Assembly: GCA_976226885.1 (NCBI GenBank)
Contig: OZ320314.1
Location: 76,508,001-76,572,000 of the forward strand
Reading direction: 5' to 3'
DNA length: 64,000 nt
Source of the DNA: Iphione sp. A-MEVVRFRX5
Lineage: Eukaryota
Shown here in pieces: positions 62,801 to 64,000 of this stretch. Position 1 is the stretch's first letter, and the number at the start of each line of letters is the position of its first letter. The notes under the pieces were generated by a model. That model saw only the letters and a program-made list of their open reading frames with translations. It made no database searches and had not been told where the DNA came from. The position numbers were made by a program, and so were the translations under genes.

Positions 62801-63628
62801 ATCGAGGCTGAGCTCAATGGAAGGTAACCATTGCAGTGTACATTGTATATCTGTACACCCGTTTCAGTCTCATAACATATATTGCACCGCCATCTCTTGT
62901 GAAGTTGTGCGACACATTGTGTAATACATGACGCCACCTGCCAGTTAAAGCTGGCATAAATAACCCAATAGCAAACCTCTCGCTTGGTAGATGCCCCGCA
63001 AGTGATCAGGCATGCATGTACATGTACATGCCTAGTCACAAGGTACAGTCAGAGGGTGACGGACACACTAATGGCAAACCAAGTTATCACAATGCCTTGA
63101 TGAATTGTCTTATCGCCATAGAGTATAGGTCTCGACAATCCAGTCACTCTTACGGGCTTTTTCCAAATACATGTAAGGACCCTATTCTTACATTTTTGAG
63201 GGTGTGCTCCATTGTTGATAATACTTACGTAACTATAATGCTGGGTGTGAATGGGCTTAGCTAGAATAACGTTACACACTACAAAGATAAATCTAGAATA
63301 AAGTTGCACGCTACACAGATAAATCTATCTTAACAGTCAAAGAAACCGGAAAATACATTGAAATAAGCAATATCAAATAACATACATTATGCACATAAAA
63401 TATTTGGCAGAAATAAGTTGGGTGAAATTCACTATGACTGTATGAAGAATACGTTAATAGTGGGTTGGGTAGTCTTCCTACCCAATGAGCCTTTACAGGA
63501 GGGGTCCATTGTCATCCGGACTGACTCTCATTGTGCAGCCCAGGTGACCTTTTCATCCCATTGAGCTGGGATAACTAGTGGGTTCCTGTGATGGTCATGG
63601 TTCATCTTCATTCTCTCCCTTCCTTCAG

Positions 63629-63737
63629 GTATTTTCGTCATATTGTAATAGAAGATGAATACGACGTTGAGTGTGTACAAGTGTGCTACCACCTGGGATT
63701 TATTTCCCAGAGCTCCATTACAGTGGGGTATACCTGA
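63629..63737 (+). other. Candidate exon of an unidentified gene
   Basis: Strong polypyrimidine tract plus CAG (63601-63628), then an open frame YFRHIVIEDEYDVECVQVCYHLGFISQSSITVGYT-stop. No family recognised. Confidence 0.25.
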
Positions 63738-64000
63738 ATTTAAATGTTTTATGAACAGACGCTTTCATTGGTCAAGGCTACCTCCTGTAGTATCCCATCA
63801 TTCTAGATTGATTTATGAAAGCATCAGATTTTGATCTAGGGCAGGACCATTGTTTATATTATAGTGTTTCTGGTGTGTAGGGAAGAGTGTAGGTAAGAAA
63901 TAATATGTTTAGGAAATTATAAGTGTTAGGTGTCACTACACAGAATTCCCTGTGCCGATGTGTGGCCGGTGGTTTCGACTGAGTGTCTCCTCAGGTGTTA

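Noticed and set aside
532-63309. Remaining short (60-160 aa) ORF-track entries
   Set aside because: No recognisable domains or codon signature; at the background level expected in intronic and intergenic DNA.

Overview
This is animal (invertebrate-like) nuclear DNA: AT-rich, with spliceosomal introns, microsatellites and very frequent TACATGTA. I saw no prokaryotic features or CRISPR array. Two host genes are recognisable: the last coding exon of ALKBH8 (3486-4304, +) and a large exon of a 4x C2H2 zinc-finger gene (38606-40540, -). Most other recognisable sequence is mobile DNA. (1) An apparently intact, young DIRS-order tyrosine-recombinase (YR) retrotransposon of Ngaro/PAT architecture (12068-16657). 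It shows a candidate -1 ribosomal frameshift signal joining gag to pol, an in-frame splice joining the Gag N-terminus to the YR, and a shared TAATG core at all junctions. (2) An 8.6-kb DDE DNA transposon (Sola-like; 31-bp TIRs, ATAT target duplication; 50960-59604). Its decayed multi-exon transposase gene has a 4.9-kb intron holding two convergent paralogous Crypton/DUF3504-type YR genes, separated by a ~176-bp imperfect palindrome. (3) Two decayed LINEs, a tRNA-derived SINE and a Harbinger-type MITE. All family assignments come from motif recognition by eye; no database searches were run.
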